Shown one piece after another: positions 1 to 14,077 of a stretch of DNA of 64,000 bases. The stretch covers positions 62,001 through 126,000 of the forward strand of contig JAAOMT010000699.1 in the NCBI GenBank assembly GCA_016748015.1, in the 5' to 3' direction. A program made the position numbers and the translations under genes. Position 1 is the first letter of the stretch. Each line of letters opens with the position of its first letter. The DNA is from Geosiphon pyriformis uo1. Lineage: Eukaryota; Fungi; Glomeromycota. A model generated the notes under the pieces. That model was not told the DNA's origin, made no database searches, and saw only the letters and a list, made by a program, of their open reading frames with translations.

Positions 1-45
1 ATTTCTTGCAACTTTCTGATTATTTTCTTATTGTACTAAAAAAAG

Positions 46-932
46 CTTACCACAACTACCGATGTGGAAAACTACCCGGGCTTCCCGGAATCTATCCGCG
101 GCTCAGAGCTGATGGCAAGATTCCGAGAACAGAGTATACGTTTTGGTACAAAGATCTATACTGAGACAGTTTCAAAGGTTGATCTATCCTCTAGGCCTTT
201 TAAATATTGGACGGAAGATGGAGATAATAATACGGCCGATTCGATAATAATTGCTACTGGAGCTGCAGCCAAAAGGTTGAATTTACCAGGCGAGGAATCC
301 TATTGGCAGAAGGGCATATCTGCGTGTGCTGTTTGTGATGGCAAGGAAACATTAATCTTTTTTAAGTTATCGGGTTGTTAAATAGTCTCAAAAATTACTT
401 CTCTCCAGGTGCCGTACCGATTTTTCACAAAAAACCTTTGGCAGTAATTGGTGGGGGCGACTCTGCTGCCGAAGAAGCAATGTTTCTAACAAAATACGGT
501 TCACACGTTTATGTTATTGTACGTCGTGAAAAACTTCGCGCCTCCAAAGTCATGGCAAATCGCTTGCTCTCGAATTTAAAAATTACAGTTATTTGGAATC
601 ACATTCCGATTGAGGCTAAAGGTGATGGCAATTTATTAAAATTATTGATATTAAAAAACACCCAGACTGGGGAAGAAAAAGAATTGGCCGTCAATGGATT
701 ATTCTATGCAATTGGCCATGTCCCAGCCACAAAATTGGTGGAGGGACAGTTGGAATTGGATGAAGACAAATATATAATCACTCAACCCGATAGCACTGTC
801 ACCAGCGTTTCGGGTGTGTTTGCCGCTGGTGATGTTAAAGACAAAAAGTATCGACAGGCGATCACAAGTGCTGGCTCTGGCTGCATGGCTGCTCTAGAAT
901 GTGAACGGTGGTTGAGTGAGCATTTTGAATGA
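46..932 (+). CDS. TRR1: Thioredoxin reductase (5' part lies upstream of window)
   Basis: Exon starts after AG at 44-45 ([14 protein letters not shown]). Active-site CAVC, GGGDSA NADPH motif and GVFAAGDV are present. A GC-AG intron at 341-408 joins CDG|AVP. Confidence 0.96.
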
Positions 933-1632
933 TCAATATCTCTTTAATGTTCGATTGTGCAAAAGGAACTTGCGCATCATTTTATTTAAATATACGAGTC
1001 ATATTCAATTGTGTCAAAATATTTAATCGAAACTTTGCAATTAGCCGAAGAAATAAAAATGCTCGATCTCGGATATCATATATTTATCATGCGAATAAAG
1101 TGCTTTTATTTTTAGGTAAAGATGTTTTAACCAAGACATATCAGGTAAACAAATCTAATCATCAATCTAATCAGCTAATTTCGCTCTTCCATAAGGATAC
1201 TCGTATTATATAATACGAAAGGTGGTTACTATACTCAAAGGACATTTGCTTCACGGTCAAAATTTTCAAATGCTGAAAAATTAATTTTTACTTTTTATCC
1301 GTGTAATAAGTAGTGACGGCAGATCATATTATTATAGCGCCGCAAGAATTATTCTAAAAATTTTGTACAGATAGATGAAGCTAAAGCTCACCTTTTTAAT
1401 ATAGATATCAAATATTATAATACTCATTTCTAAAATTAAAATCCAAAAGAAATGATACAATTCAATAATAATTTAGACATTATCGCCAATTGAAAATCTA
1501 AGCTTGAAATAGATGAGATAGTCTTTGAAAAGAGTGAGATACGTTCAGAGTAAAAGGTTTGATTTTGAATTAAAGAAAGTATAAATAAAAAGTTCGCCAA
1601 GTTTTGAGCTTTCCCGCTTTGTTCTAAATGGT

Positions 1633-3136
1633 TTAACGTCCTAGTGGTGGTGTTTCTCGCGGGGTCTGATTTTGAGCCTGTTCGCTCAATTCAATTTTCC
1701 TAAAAATACAATGAATTGTTCAATGTCAATATTAGTATCGATCAATCAATCAATCATGTGCATTAATGTAAAATTCTCAATTATGTGCTAGTAAATTAAA
1801 TAATACTTACGCATACCAAGCACCTAAAATTTATCAGGGCCAAGGAATTTTAATATTAGTTAAAAATAATTGATAACTGCAATAAAATTATCAGATTAAA
1901 GAACTTACCTCCACATAATGTTAAAAATATTCCTACCCCATTCGTTGGGGTAATAGTGAGATTAAATATGACCACTGCCAGAATAATTGACAATACTTGT
2001 TTCACGTTTCCAGCCACCGTCATCGTTAAAGCTGAAGTTTTCTTATTAGCGGTAAAACTTACGTAATTCAAAAAGAAAGCGATTACGCCATTTGTTACTA
2101 GGGCAAAAATTAAGGATGAGGTCATTTCTGTTCGACTAAAGGACCGAACTCGATTTAACTCGCCAGTAACATAGGCATAAATAACAGTTTGAATAAATGC
2201 TAAGGGTGACATGCGCAATAATAAATCCAGAGGATGAAGTTTGAGACGACCAACTTGAACACGATTCGTGACCACAGTTTTTAACGCCGCTAATATTGTC
2301 CCAAGTACAGTTAGGAAAAAACCTAGCAAAAATCAAGAAAATGAAATTGTAAATGAAATAGGGAGATCTGGAAAATTAAATAGACCAACATTTTGAACTA
2401 ACCCATTTTTGTAAAGTAATAGTCACCCACTGTGGCAAATACAACTCCAAAAACAACCTAAAAAAAAGAAATGTTCAAAGTGATTATATAAGAGGAAATT
2501 TTTTTGATTTCTTTGATTTTAAGCTTTAATGCATTTGATTGCTCACCGGCAGTAAGGAAACATAGGTCATTAGTGTAAAATTTTTTTTTAAAAAAACAAT
2601 TGAAAGTATAATCGTGAATATAGGAGTCATCGCACGAACGACTTGATGAAACTAAATTTAATTTAAAATTGTAAATTAATTTTCATTTGTAAATCCGAGA
2701 TTTTTTGTAGTATTTCTTTTCGAATCACCAAAAATTATTTTCATCACAAGAAACATTACCGGAACTGTGACCAAATGCCTTTAATTTCAAGAAATCATCA
2801 CATAATTGAAGTATCAATAATTAAATGAGATAATAGATAATCAAGAAAAAAGAGCGAACTGTTGACTTACAAAGAGACGTTACTTATAGCAATATTAATG
2901 GTGTACAAGACTGAAAATAGCAACATTTGCATGCTTTCACGCTCAGTTAAGTGTGAAGGTTGGAATAATCCCAACCAGTAAAATAAATATGACCCTATCG
3001 CACCGCATAAAGCGTGTACGCCGGTCAATGTCCAAGGAAAAGGGAAGTCGAACAACTGCATAACCGCTTTATTATATAGGGTCAAGGCGAGGTTAAGGAA
3101 AAAATATAGTGTGAGCCACACATAGTGATTGTTCAT
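1633..3136 (-). CDS. Triose-phosphate/nucleotide-sugar transporter family (TPT/SLC35-like) membrane protein, 7 exons
   Basis: Motifs LTLYNK, FPFPWTLT, NVSLHLVTVPFHQVVRA and SALTMTVAGNVKQ. Splicing with micro-exons 2760-2778 (19 nt) and 1811-1823 (13 nt) restores the frame. Stop at 1633-1635. Confidence 0.9.
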
Positions 3137-3571
3137 CAGGATCAAGAAAAAAGGTTTAGCGATGCGAAAGCCAGAAAGTTAGATCTGAGGTTAAAAACTT
3201 GTTTAGGATGTAAATTAGAGGATATTTTAAACAAGACTTTGTAAAAATTATTTAAAAAAGACACATGGTAAGCTCTTCCAGAGAGACTTTCTCTTATTAC
3301 GTTCAAAGCAAGACCAATTGTTTTGCGCCATCATGCCTTTGGTATGGGGTATTCCTAAACAGGTAATAATTTATTTCGGACATTTTTTAAGGAGCGAATT
3401 ATGCTTTGCAATGTGATTTCTAAGATGCACGGTATTACCATATTAAGCAGTTTTTCGAGAAATACAATCATTTTTAACTTTCCCTGTTTCTGGTATATTA
3501 TTACCTTTTCTACAGCTTATATCGCGCGAATCCCTAGTGTTTTTGTACCTTTATTTTCCTTTTGCATAACC

Positions 3572-5387
3572 ATGAAAGCTCTCATCCTTGTTGGTGGTAT
3601 ATATTCTACCGTTTTTTTATAGTCTTTCAATCCAAAACTATCTGATGTATAAAATCTCTGACTTATGGTTAAAAAACAATAGGCTATGGGACACGTCTTC
3701 GTCCCCTTACTCTCACTCTTCCTAAGCCTTTGGTAGAGTTTTGTAACAAACCAATGATACTGCATCAAATTGAAGGTCTTGTCAAGGCATGTATATACTG
3801 CTATTATAAGTCTCTTTTTATGAGAAAGTTCGGCCCTCTTTGCTTAAAGGCTTCAATCATTTTTGATAAAAAAATAGGCTGGTGTCACCGATATCGTTTT
3901 AGCCGTTAATTATCGACCAGAAACTATGGAGGATATTTTGAAAAAATATGAAGACCAATTCAAAGTAAAAATTACTTTCTCAGTAGAAACTGAGCCACTG
4001 GACACTGGTGAGTAGACCAGATAATTGCTTCTAAATTATTGTTGTTTCAACGTTTAATCATTTTAATGATGTGGTATTTGCTATTCCTTAAGCTGGTCCT
4101 CTTGCTTTAGCTCGGGACATCCTCGGAAAGGATAATAGTCCATTTTTTGTGCTTAATAGTGATATTATCTGTGAATATCCTTTTGAAGGTTTGAGAGATT
4201 TCCATGCCGCTCATGGTAAACAAGGCACCATCGTTGTACGTATTTAGATCAACACCAGGACAGGCTGATTTGGAAAAAATGCATAAAATAAAATTTTTGG
4301 ATAAGCTGTCATAGCGTCACTCTCGCGATTCGGCAGCGTCATGCGTCGTTTTGCAGAGTGAATGAGAATAGGTAGCATTTTCTGCGTGAAAGTGCGTGAA
4401 AATTTTGTGCGCTCTTTGGAGTGGGTGAGTGGGTTATTTTTGCTAAGGCAGCTTGACCCACCTGCTTTTAAAATCTAAATCTTTAGATTCTTGTTTATAC
4501 TCGTATCTTCTTTTAACTTACAACACATGAATTTTCTAGGTAACTAATGTTCAAGAGCCCTCGAAATATGGTGTTATTGTCAACCACCAAGGTACAACGT
4601 GCATCGAAAGGTTCGTGGAAAAACCTGCGGAATTCGTTAGTAGTAAGATCAACGCGGGCATATATATATTTAACCCCGATATGTTGGATCGCATTGAGGT
4701 AAGCTCCATATTACAGAAAATTATTATTAAGGTTATTTTTCATCTCAAAAAGATTATAACACTAAATCAATTCCTTGCCATCTCTAGTTAAGACCCACTT
4801 CTATAGAAAAAGAGACATTTCCTTTAATGGCTGCAGATGGACAATTGCATGCCTTTGAATTAGAGGGTTATTGGATGGATGTTGGTCAGCCAAAGGATTT
4901 CTTAATTGGCACTTGCTTGTATCTTGCCAACCTAGCAAAGAAACAACCTCAGCGCTTAGTTAATCCAGAATGTGAATTCATTTCTGGTGGAAATGTACTT
5001 ATCGACCCAACGGCAAAAATCGGGCAAGATTGCCGCATTGGTCCAAACGTGACTATAGGGCCTAATGTGATAATTGGTGATGGTGTCAGATTGCAAAGAT
5101 GTGTAATATTGGAAGGAGCTCGTATCAAAGATTATGCGTGGGTTAAAAATAGCATAGTGGGGTGGCATTCTACACTTGGACGTTGGGTATGTAATGGGAT
5201 CGGTTTTTCGGATTTTTCCCCAGTAACTAACTTAACAATATTAATCCGTTTTAAGACTCGTCTTGATGGTGTCTCGGTCTTGGGTGATGATGTTTCAGTC
5301 AATGATGAGGTTTATGTCAACGGAGGCTGCATACTGCCGCACAAATCTATCGCTAATAATATTACAGAACCTCAAATCATTTTGTAA
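3572..5387 (+). CDS. PSA1: Mannose-1-phosphate guanylyltransferase (GDP-mannose pyrophosphorylase)
   Basis: [18 protein letters not shown]...[22 protein letters not shown] and C-terminal hexapeptide repeats. Includes a GC-AG intron at 3787-3877 and a long intron at 4236-4539. Confidence 0.97.
4305..4489 (+). promoter_or_regulatory. Candidate structured intronic RNA element / poison-exon region in PSA1 intron 4
   Basis: Four consecutive hairpins with many G-U pairs (4305-4376, 4391-4413, 4420-4466, 4472-4489). Cryptic donor GTGAGT at 4425-4430 and cryptic acceptors at 4314 and 4356. Confidence 0.6.
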
Positions 5388-5920
5388 GCTTCGAATCTCG
5401 GTTTACTCAAATAGGACCATTCCAATTTTTTCTGTTTATTTATATTAATATCAATAATTAAAGGGTTCTTAAGAAATTGGAGTAAAAAATCTTTTTCAAT
5501 TTATATATGAATATCAGTTGGGATTTTTTGTTGAGAAATATTTTGCTTATTTTAATTTAATATTAAAACACTTGAAAATATACAAGATCAAAATTTTGCA
5601 TTATTTTCAATTAAAAAAACACTAAAATGATAATGTCAATTTTAATAAATTTTTAGCATTGTGAATAAAATTCCTGGTATAATTTAAATTTTGTAATTAC
5701 AGTACTGTAGCACATTGCAAAAATTTGATTGTGATGCATTATTTTACTGATTAGTAATAAGGCTCAGAAATATATATAGAGTAGGAGTATCCAAAAAAAG
5801 GTTTTGCTAATATTTCCAAGAATGTTTATTGAAAGAATAAGATGTTAGATTTTTGCATAAAATATGCTATAAATAATTATATCTTCCATCAATAGAAAAT
5901 CGTGTGAAGGCAAACGTACC

Positions 5921-8235
5921 TCATTTCACTTTGCCGTTTAATGTCTTCATTATCGCACTTTGGATCGTAAAAGCAGCCTTTTCTATATCTTTTTTAGTAA
6001 AGCAAACTGAAATACATATACGAATGCTTGGATCAAACCCGAATAATTCTTGGTCACGCACATATTTCGCACGTGTCAAAAGGAAACCATTATTCATAGT
6101 CTTTAATGAAAAAGGGATTAGCAATCAAGTTATACTTAAAATGCTCGAAAAATATAATTTTTTACCTCATCAACTATTTCTTGCAAGATTCTTTCTTTCT
6201 GGTCATTATTATTAATATCGTTAAGTTCGGAATATTCTTTAGTCAACCTTAAATGCAGCAGAGGAGATTCGAGTGCGCCGTCCAACTTTATATACCTCGT
6301 ATTTTCCAATATAGTTCGGAAAACTCGAGCGTTTTCTCGAAGAATGCTAATAAGATCGGGGTTTCTTGATAAAATGCCAAGAGATTCTGAAGCGCTTACG
6401 GCAAGCATAGCGGGTAAAGCAGCCGAGAAGCAGTAAGCAGGGCCAGAAATACGCTGTTAAAGAAGTTTGGGATATAGGTTACAAGGAAGAGAGAAATGGC
6501 TTATCAAGGGAAATTCCGACAGACCTGATAATCAGTAATTTCGTGAGAGCCAGAACAGAAGCCACCTGAAGAACCCAAAGCATGGCACATTGAGCCGACT
6601 ATCATATCGACTTCTTTTGGCTATAATGTAATGAGATGAATTACATTTTCAACTTTGAGTTTATGAAAACCTCCTATAAGGCAGTTATTTAAAAATACCT
6701 CTAAATTGAAGTAATCAGTCAATCCGGCACCTCTTTTGCCCATGGTCCCAAATGATACACTCTCATCTAGGATAAGTCTGTATTTGTATTTCTTTTTTAA
6801 TTCAATCTGAACCAAAAAAAAAATTTAGAAAATAATTCGGGCTGATACTTTATCAAAGGACCTTGTTAATGAGTGATTGCAAACCAATTTTGGCAACGGA
6901 GCAATATCCCCAAAATTTGCAAAAATACCCTCTGTAACAATGAACCGCCTGGTTAATCGCCGTCCAGTCTAAATAATTGTAAATATAACGTAAATAGCAT
7001 TATTAATTGATAATTGCTAGAGTATAATAAATAATTTATTTGCCTCAAGATCCTCGACTTTGATCTCTCGTAAAATTCGTTCGAGATCGTTCATATCGTT
7101 GTGATCAAACCACCTGACAATAGATCTGGAAATCTGTACTCCTTTCTGTATTGCAAAGTTGCAACCTTTATCACTAATTAATAAAGCCAATAGCACAAAT
7201 GATTAATAATTTTAAAAAATAAAAGAAATAAAGGGATACATTAAAAAAAACTTGCGCTATAATTATGTCCCCCCTTTTACAAAAAGAGGGGATGGCAGAA
7301 GATATTGTAGAAAATCCTTGAGAATAAATTATAGACTCTTCAGTGCCGAGGAATTCAGAAACATTTTTTTCAAACTCAGTGTGAACATCTGTTTAGCAAT
7401 TTGAATATAATTTTGAGAAGCGGAAAGTGGCGAAAACATAAAAAACAAATGTAAGAGCTAAGTACCATACCTAAAGTTCCATAGAATCCAGGGGGTCCAC
7501 AAGCACCAACACCATATCTTCGTAGAGTTTGAATCGCTTTACCCTTGATTTAATAATTGATGGAATTCCCAAAATAATTAAATTTTAAATTTTAATAATC
7601 AAATAGAATATATAGTATTACCTTAATCTCTTCATTGTTTGAAAGACCCAAAAAATCGTAGCTAGCAAGACTGAGTAAATTCTGGCCATTGATTAATTTA
7701 ATATTTTGTTTTTGTGGCCTGAAAATTTTGGCAAATGCTTTAGATGAAATCAAAACCTCCACATTAAAGATCTAGCAGATTTTTACCCAACTATAATTGG
7801 TGTTTTTTCAAAATCCCATTTTTCTTTCTCAGAAATCGGAGCGAATAAAGGTTCAGGTTGCCATTCCTCTACGAGTTCCTCCACTTCCTAACACAGTTAG
7901 GAAAAGAGTTGATATATAGAGTCTCACTAAAAATGAAATCCGATCTTGATTTAAAAATAAAAATCCTTTCGATTTTATACCTTTGGGGTCAACTCAATGA
8001 AGTTATCAGTGCGATAACGCTTAGCAAATAAATACCATATCACAAAGCAAACAAGCAAAAGTTCTAATAGAGATCGATATGGGTCATTTTGATGTGAATT
8101 CTGTATATATTTTCTTAGAATAGAAGAACCAGGAACGCGAGAATAATATCTCGAAATTTGGTTAATGGTGGTGTTGAGGAAAACAAAAAGCTCATCTAAA
8201 GCGGTATAGGAGCTTGTCATATTGGAGTCTCCCAT
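5921..8235 (-). CDS. LCB1: Serine palmitoyltransferase subunit 1 (long chain base biosynthesis 1)
   Basis: [30 protein letters not shown] and YCFSAALP. About 11 exons, including GC-AG introns at 7174-7255 and 6969-7043. Confidence 0.94.
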
Positions 8236-8379
8236 TCCGTGGGTGAGTTCTTATTCGTATTTTAAGGTTTCAAACTTTATAACAAACAATGGCAACTATG
8301 ACGGCATTACACATCTAATAATTTATATAATATTTTTATTGAAATTCCAGATCTAGTATCGATTCAAACCTATTCTCCG

Positions 8380-9995
<1,616 letters not shown>

Positions 9996-10640
9996 GATCC
10001 TTACCTAAAATTATATAAATTTTAATGAACTTTCGAGGATCGTTTTTCAGCATTAAATTTTTGACCGTTTTCATTTCCGAAAACTGGTGTTGCACTAATT
10101 CTGATTTCTTTATTGGATCAAAGCAAACGAGACAGAAATTGATGGAAACCTAGAAAATTAAAAACTTGTAGCTTGTTTTATTTGGAGAGTTAAATTATAT
10201 GACACCTTTATTGGACACAATTGTTTGTCAACCCTTGGAAGGATGTTATAATTGATTCACGAAATAATAGGCGTAAATTTCCCCTTATAAGCCAGAACGA
10301 TGCATTTCAGAAATTTTAATTTATTTTCACAGGTAATAAACATTGCAACTGATCAGAATTTTTTAATGCAATGTTGATGGTAGCTTTAGAATTATCTAAG
10401 TATGTCACGCAATTTTATCATTAATATCAAATATTGACTAAAAAGGGATTGAAAACCACCTTGAAATAGGCTATATCAAACCGTTTCTCTGTTGAATATA
10501 TTCATTATAAGTGTGTCACTGTTCTCTTAATGTTTTCTTCAAGAGAAGAAATTCCCGAGTGTTCAAATAAGGGCTAGTTGCAAAAACTCAATCATTTAGA
10601 CCTTTTCCATTTTGACTTAAAGCTCGAGTACCTTCACAAC

Positions 10641-11861
10641 TTAAATGTTGGATAAAATGTTGGATAAATTGAACACGTCAAATAATTCACTGTACTTGTG
10701 GCGTATGATATCAATCGAATTTCTTTTTAAAAAATCATGTAGATCGTGAACGCATTCCTCTACTTCATTAGAAACTTCAATCACAGGTTCTCTCATAAGA
10801 ATTTTGGCAAGGTAGATCGAAGATTCTGCAATTAATGATGGAAGTCGACTGATGAATATTTCCGATAATAAACTGTGTTCCATCAAGAATCTGGCTACAG
10901 CAAGAATTTTATCGCTAATTAAAAAGGTGCTTGATTCAACTTTAAGGAAGCCTTCAGCAGTTGGACTCCAAAACTTCCATGAGACCCCAATACAGATGTG
11001 TCGTTCCATTTGAATAAAGTACTCTAGGGGATATCCCCGACCACATAGGCTAAAAAAATGTTCAACTGAAGGCACATTTTTTCGATTTTCCCTATATTTG
11101 CAGGCGATCCAAAAAGAGGTAATAGCCACCAATTGTAATTCCATTCGTTGAACAAACACCATTGATAGATATTGATCAAGTATGTTGACCGAGAGATAAA
11201 GAGTTTCTTGACTAAGATTTCCCAAATAATCGTGAACTTCAGTTATCCACAGTATCACCTTTTTTCGCATTTCCCAAGTTATTTCAGGTTGAATGGCGAT
11301 CATATTTTGTTTGGGCATACAATCTCTCTCTTGTTCAAGCATTACCTCTTTAATATCCTCTTCGTCAGCGTCTTTTGGCCAGACTTCATCTTCAAAGCGG
11401 CCTTCAAAACCGCGGTTTCGACGCGGCGTTGAGTCAAAGGAGGATTCGCTTGTGGAGGAGTCAGATCCATTGATGGAGGAGTTGAAAGAAAAATTGCATG
11501 AATTGTGAGATGTTACGGAAGATGAGGGTGAAACGACAATATAAGGTTGTATATAAGGGGCGGCAGTCCAGTCAACATTTTGATACGCGTATTCCACGCT
11601 TTCTGAAGTTGTACTTTCCTCACCGTCGCTTCTGTGAGATATTACAGAAGATGAGCGTGAAACGACAATATAAGGTTGTATACATGGGGAGGAGGTAGCC
11701 CTGTCAACATTTTGATACGCGTATTCCCTTTCTGAAGTTGTACTTTCTTCTTCGTCACTTTTATAAGAAAAATCTGAAATTTCTTCTATTTCTATTTCTT
11801 GTTCAAAGATTTCCTCTGCTAAAGAAACGTGTTCCTGGTGGTTATTATATAATTTTGTCAT
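10641..11861 (-). CDS. Intronless cyclin (A/B-like cyclin box) with Ser-rich duplicated N-terminus
   Basis: Cyclin box QPEITWEMRKKVILW...ETLYLSVNILDQYLS...LQLVAITSFWIACKY and a Cyclin_C-like tail in an uninterrupted 406-aa ORF. Confidence 0.88.
   Translation of the reverse strand: MTKLYNNHQEHVSLAEEIFEQEIEIEEISDFSYKSDEEESTTSEREYAYQNVDRATSSPCIQPYIVVSRSSSVISHRSDGEESTTSESVEYAYQNVDWTAAPYIQPYIVVSPSSSVTSHNSCNFSFNSSINGSDSSTSESSFDSTPRRNRGFEGRFEDEVWPKDADEEDIKEVMLEQERDCMPKQNMIAIQPEITWEMRKKVILWITEVHDYLGNLSQETLYLSVNILDQYLSMVFVQRMELQLVAITSFWIACKYRENRKNVPSVEHFFSLCGRGYPLEYFIQMERHICIGVSWKFWSPTAEGFLKVESSTFLISDKILAVARFLMEHSLLSEIFISRLPSLIAESSIYLAKILMREPVIEVSNEVEECVHDLHDFLKRNSIDIIRHKYSELFDVFNLSNILSNI
11502..11759 (-). 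repeat. Tandem duplication 2 x 129 bp (2 x 43 aa) inside the cyclin ORF
   Basis: SDEEESTTSEREYAYQNVD...IQPYIVVS..SSSVISHR is followed by SDGEESTTSESVEYAYQNVD...IQPYIVVS..SSSVTSHN. Confidence 0.93.
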
Positions 11862-13099
11862 TTCGGAAGCTTTTTTCGCGTGGGGCTAGTTTTGCAAAAA
11901 TTTTAGTACAAGCTAGACGCGGTGAAGGTACTTCAAAAACGATAATCGTTTGGGTTAATCATTATAGAGCCGGGGCCAATTTTGAAGTTACACTGCATTT
12001 ATAATTCGAAGGTTGGGTTCTTTTTTGGCCTGTAAATTTAGGGCTGTACAGAAATATGGAAACGGTAGATTAGAATATTTGCCAACTGGTAACTGGTATA
12101 AGGATTTGTGAACATTCCGCTTGTAGATCGTCGAATAGAGTGTCGTACCCAGAAATATAATTACATTTTAAATTTGCATTGAAAATTTTTCGAGCATTAA
12201 TATATTGCATATTTAATTTTTTACAATTATTATTGTTTTAATAACATAAATCATAAAAATATTTTTTGATATTTGAAAAAAGCATAATATGTAAATTTAT
12301 ATATTTTTTCAAACAAATTATTTGTATTTTTAAATAATAATAATAATATAAAAAAGTAAGTTTACATTTTTAGTAAAAGTTCTGTATTTTCTTAATTATT
12401 TCTTTTATTCACTTTACAATCTTGTATTTTACCATTTTCTGTACAGTTAAAACTCAAGTAAATAAAAACAAAAACATTACAAGCACTAGCAATAAAAAGT
12501 CCAACTGGCCCCGAAATATAAAAAAGTTTAAAAATGCTAAAGTAAACATAATGTTTTTTGAAAATAAATCCAAACTGTAATATTGAAAAAAACAAATATG
12601 ATTTTAATAAAAAGCATTTAAATAGTATAAATAAAACATACAATGGTTTTTAAATTAGTAATAAAAATTAAAAGATTTTACTCTTAATAAAAGTAAATTT
12701 AAAAACAAAAAAAAGCTCACCTGTTTTATTTGGAAAAAATTCAAAAAGCAACGTAGTTTTGTTTTACCAAACCAAAATTTTATGTTTTGTAAAATTAAAC
12801 AAACACTATTATTTAAATATTAATTACTCAACTATGTTACCAAAAAAATTATTGTAGTAAAAAATTTAATAAAGATTTTTAAATATTGAAAATATTAAAA
12901 ACACAGTTTTTTAATAATATTATTCAATAATAAAAAGATTAAAAACATGATTTTTTTTTACAAGAATATTTAATAATATGATATAATAAACAAATTTAGT
13001 TTAAATTTTTTTAAATAATATTTTATAAAGTACTAATCTTTTTGTGCAGAAATTAATAATTACTATTAGTAATAATATAACCAAAAAAAAGTTTGTAAA

Positions 13100-14077
13100 G
13101 AATATAACACATAATTTTATTGGTAATAGTTTTATTCAAAACTAGAAAAATTAGAAAAAAATAAAAAGAATTTAAATAATAAATTGATTTTTTTTAACAA
13201 ATTTTTTTTTTGAATGATATTTTAAATGTTTTAAAATTTATAATAACATAAAAACTAACTTTGAACATAAATTAACAAAGTTTATAATAATTAATACTAA
13301 ATTTAAAGCTAGTAGTAAAAACAAAGCTTTTTAAACTTCTAAACAAATACTCTTAAAACAAAAAAAATAAATACTAACAAGTTTATAACTTAAAAAATTT
13401 TATGTATTAAATATAAATTTTTTGATTATAAAAAAAATATAAGTGATTAAAAAAAATTTTTTTTTAATAAATAGTTTTAAAAAAGTTTTTTCTTTTTTAA
13501 AATTTAAAAAATTATTAAATTATTATTTATCTTAAAATTTAATTTGAATAAAACTATTATATTGGCCAAAAATAAGAATGTTTTAATAAATAACAAATTT
13601 AAAAAACCAAGTATATATATTTAAATTAAATAAAAATTTTAATGAATATAATTAAATTTAATAAAATTGTGTTTATTTAATTATAATTAATTAAACTATA
13701 ATAAAAAATTATAATAAAATTTATTAAATTAAAACAAACTAAAAAATTAGTTTTTAATTAGTATTTTAATTAATAAAACTCTGTTTATATTGCTAAAGCA
13801 GTTAAAATTTAAAAACAATAAAACTGGTTTAGAATTATTTTGTTTATTTTATTAATAGATATTATTATTTATAATCTTAATAATTTATTAAATAGAATAA
13901 ATAGTATTATAAATAAATATATTAAGTTATACTGTAAAATTTAATAAATTTAAAAATTTTACACTTAGATTCTTGTATAAAAAACAAAAATTCCATATTA
14001 ATAGTTTTTAATACTTAATATTTTATTTTTTTAGTATAATAATTAGTTTATTTTAATATTTATTATTTTTTAATAGT
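13100..14077 (+). mobile_element. Highly decayed LINE ORF1 remnant
   Basis: 13395-13530 aligns by eye, allowing G>A/C>T changes, to ORF1 KSFALDVELSAVP...KIDGFGGAS of the LINE at 24.7-31.6 kb. Boundaries are approximate. Confidence 0.5.

Noticed and set aside
929-1213. Short ORFs overlapping gene ends or UTRs (929-1213, 3401-3622, 5263-5448, 58301-58498)
   Set aside because: No homology cues. They are consistent with chance ORFs in UTR/intergenic DNA.
4236-4539. Canonical snoRNA, snRNA, telomerase RNA or TPP riboswitch in the PSA1 intron
   Set aside because: No properly placed C/D or H/ACA boxes, no telomeric template and no TPP CTGAGA core were found. An Sm-like AATTTTTGG at 4292 is insufficient alone. 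An Rfam search is still needed.
7223-7240. GTATCCCTT (minus strand) resembling a U12 donor in an LCB1 intron
   Set aside because: Using it shifts the frame, and no U12 branch point is evident. The GC donor at 7255 fits.
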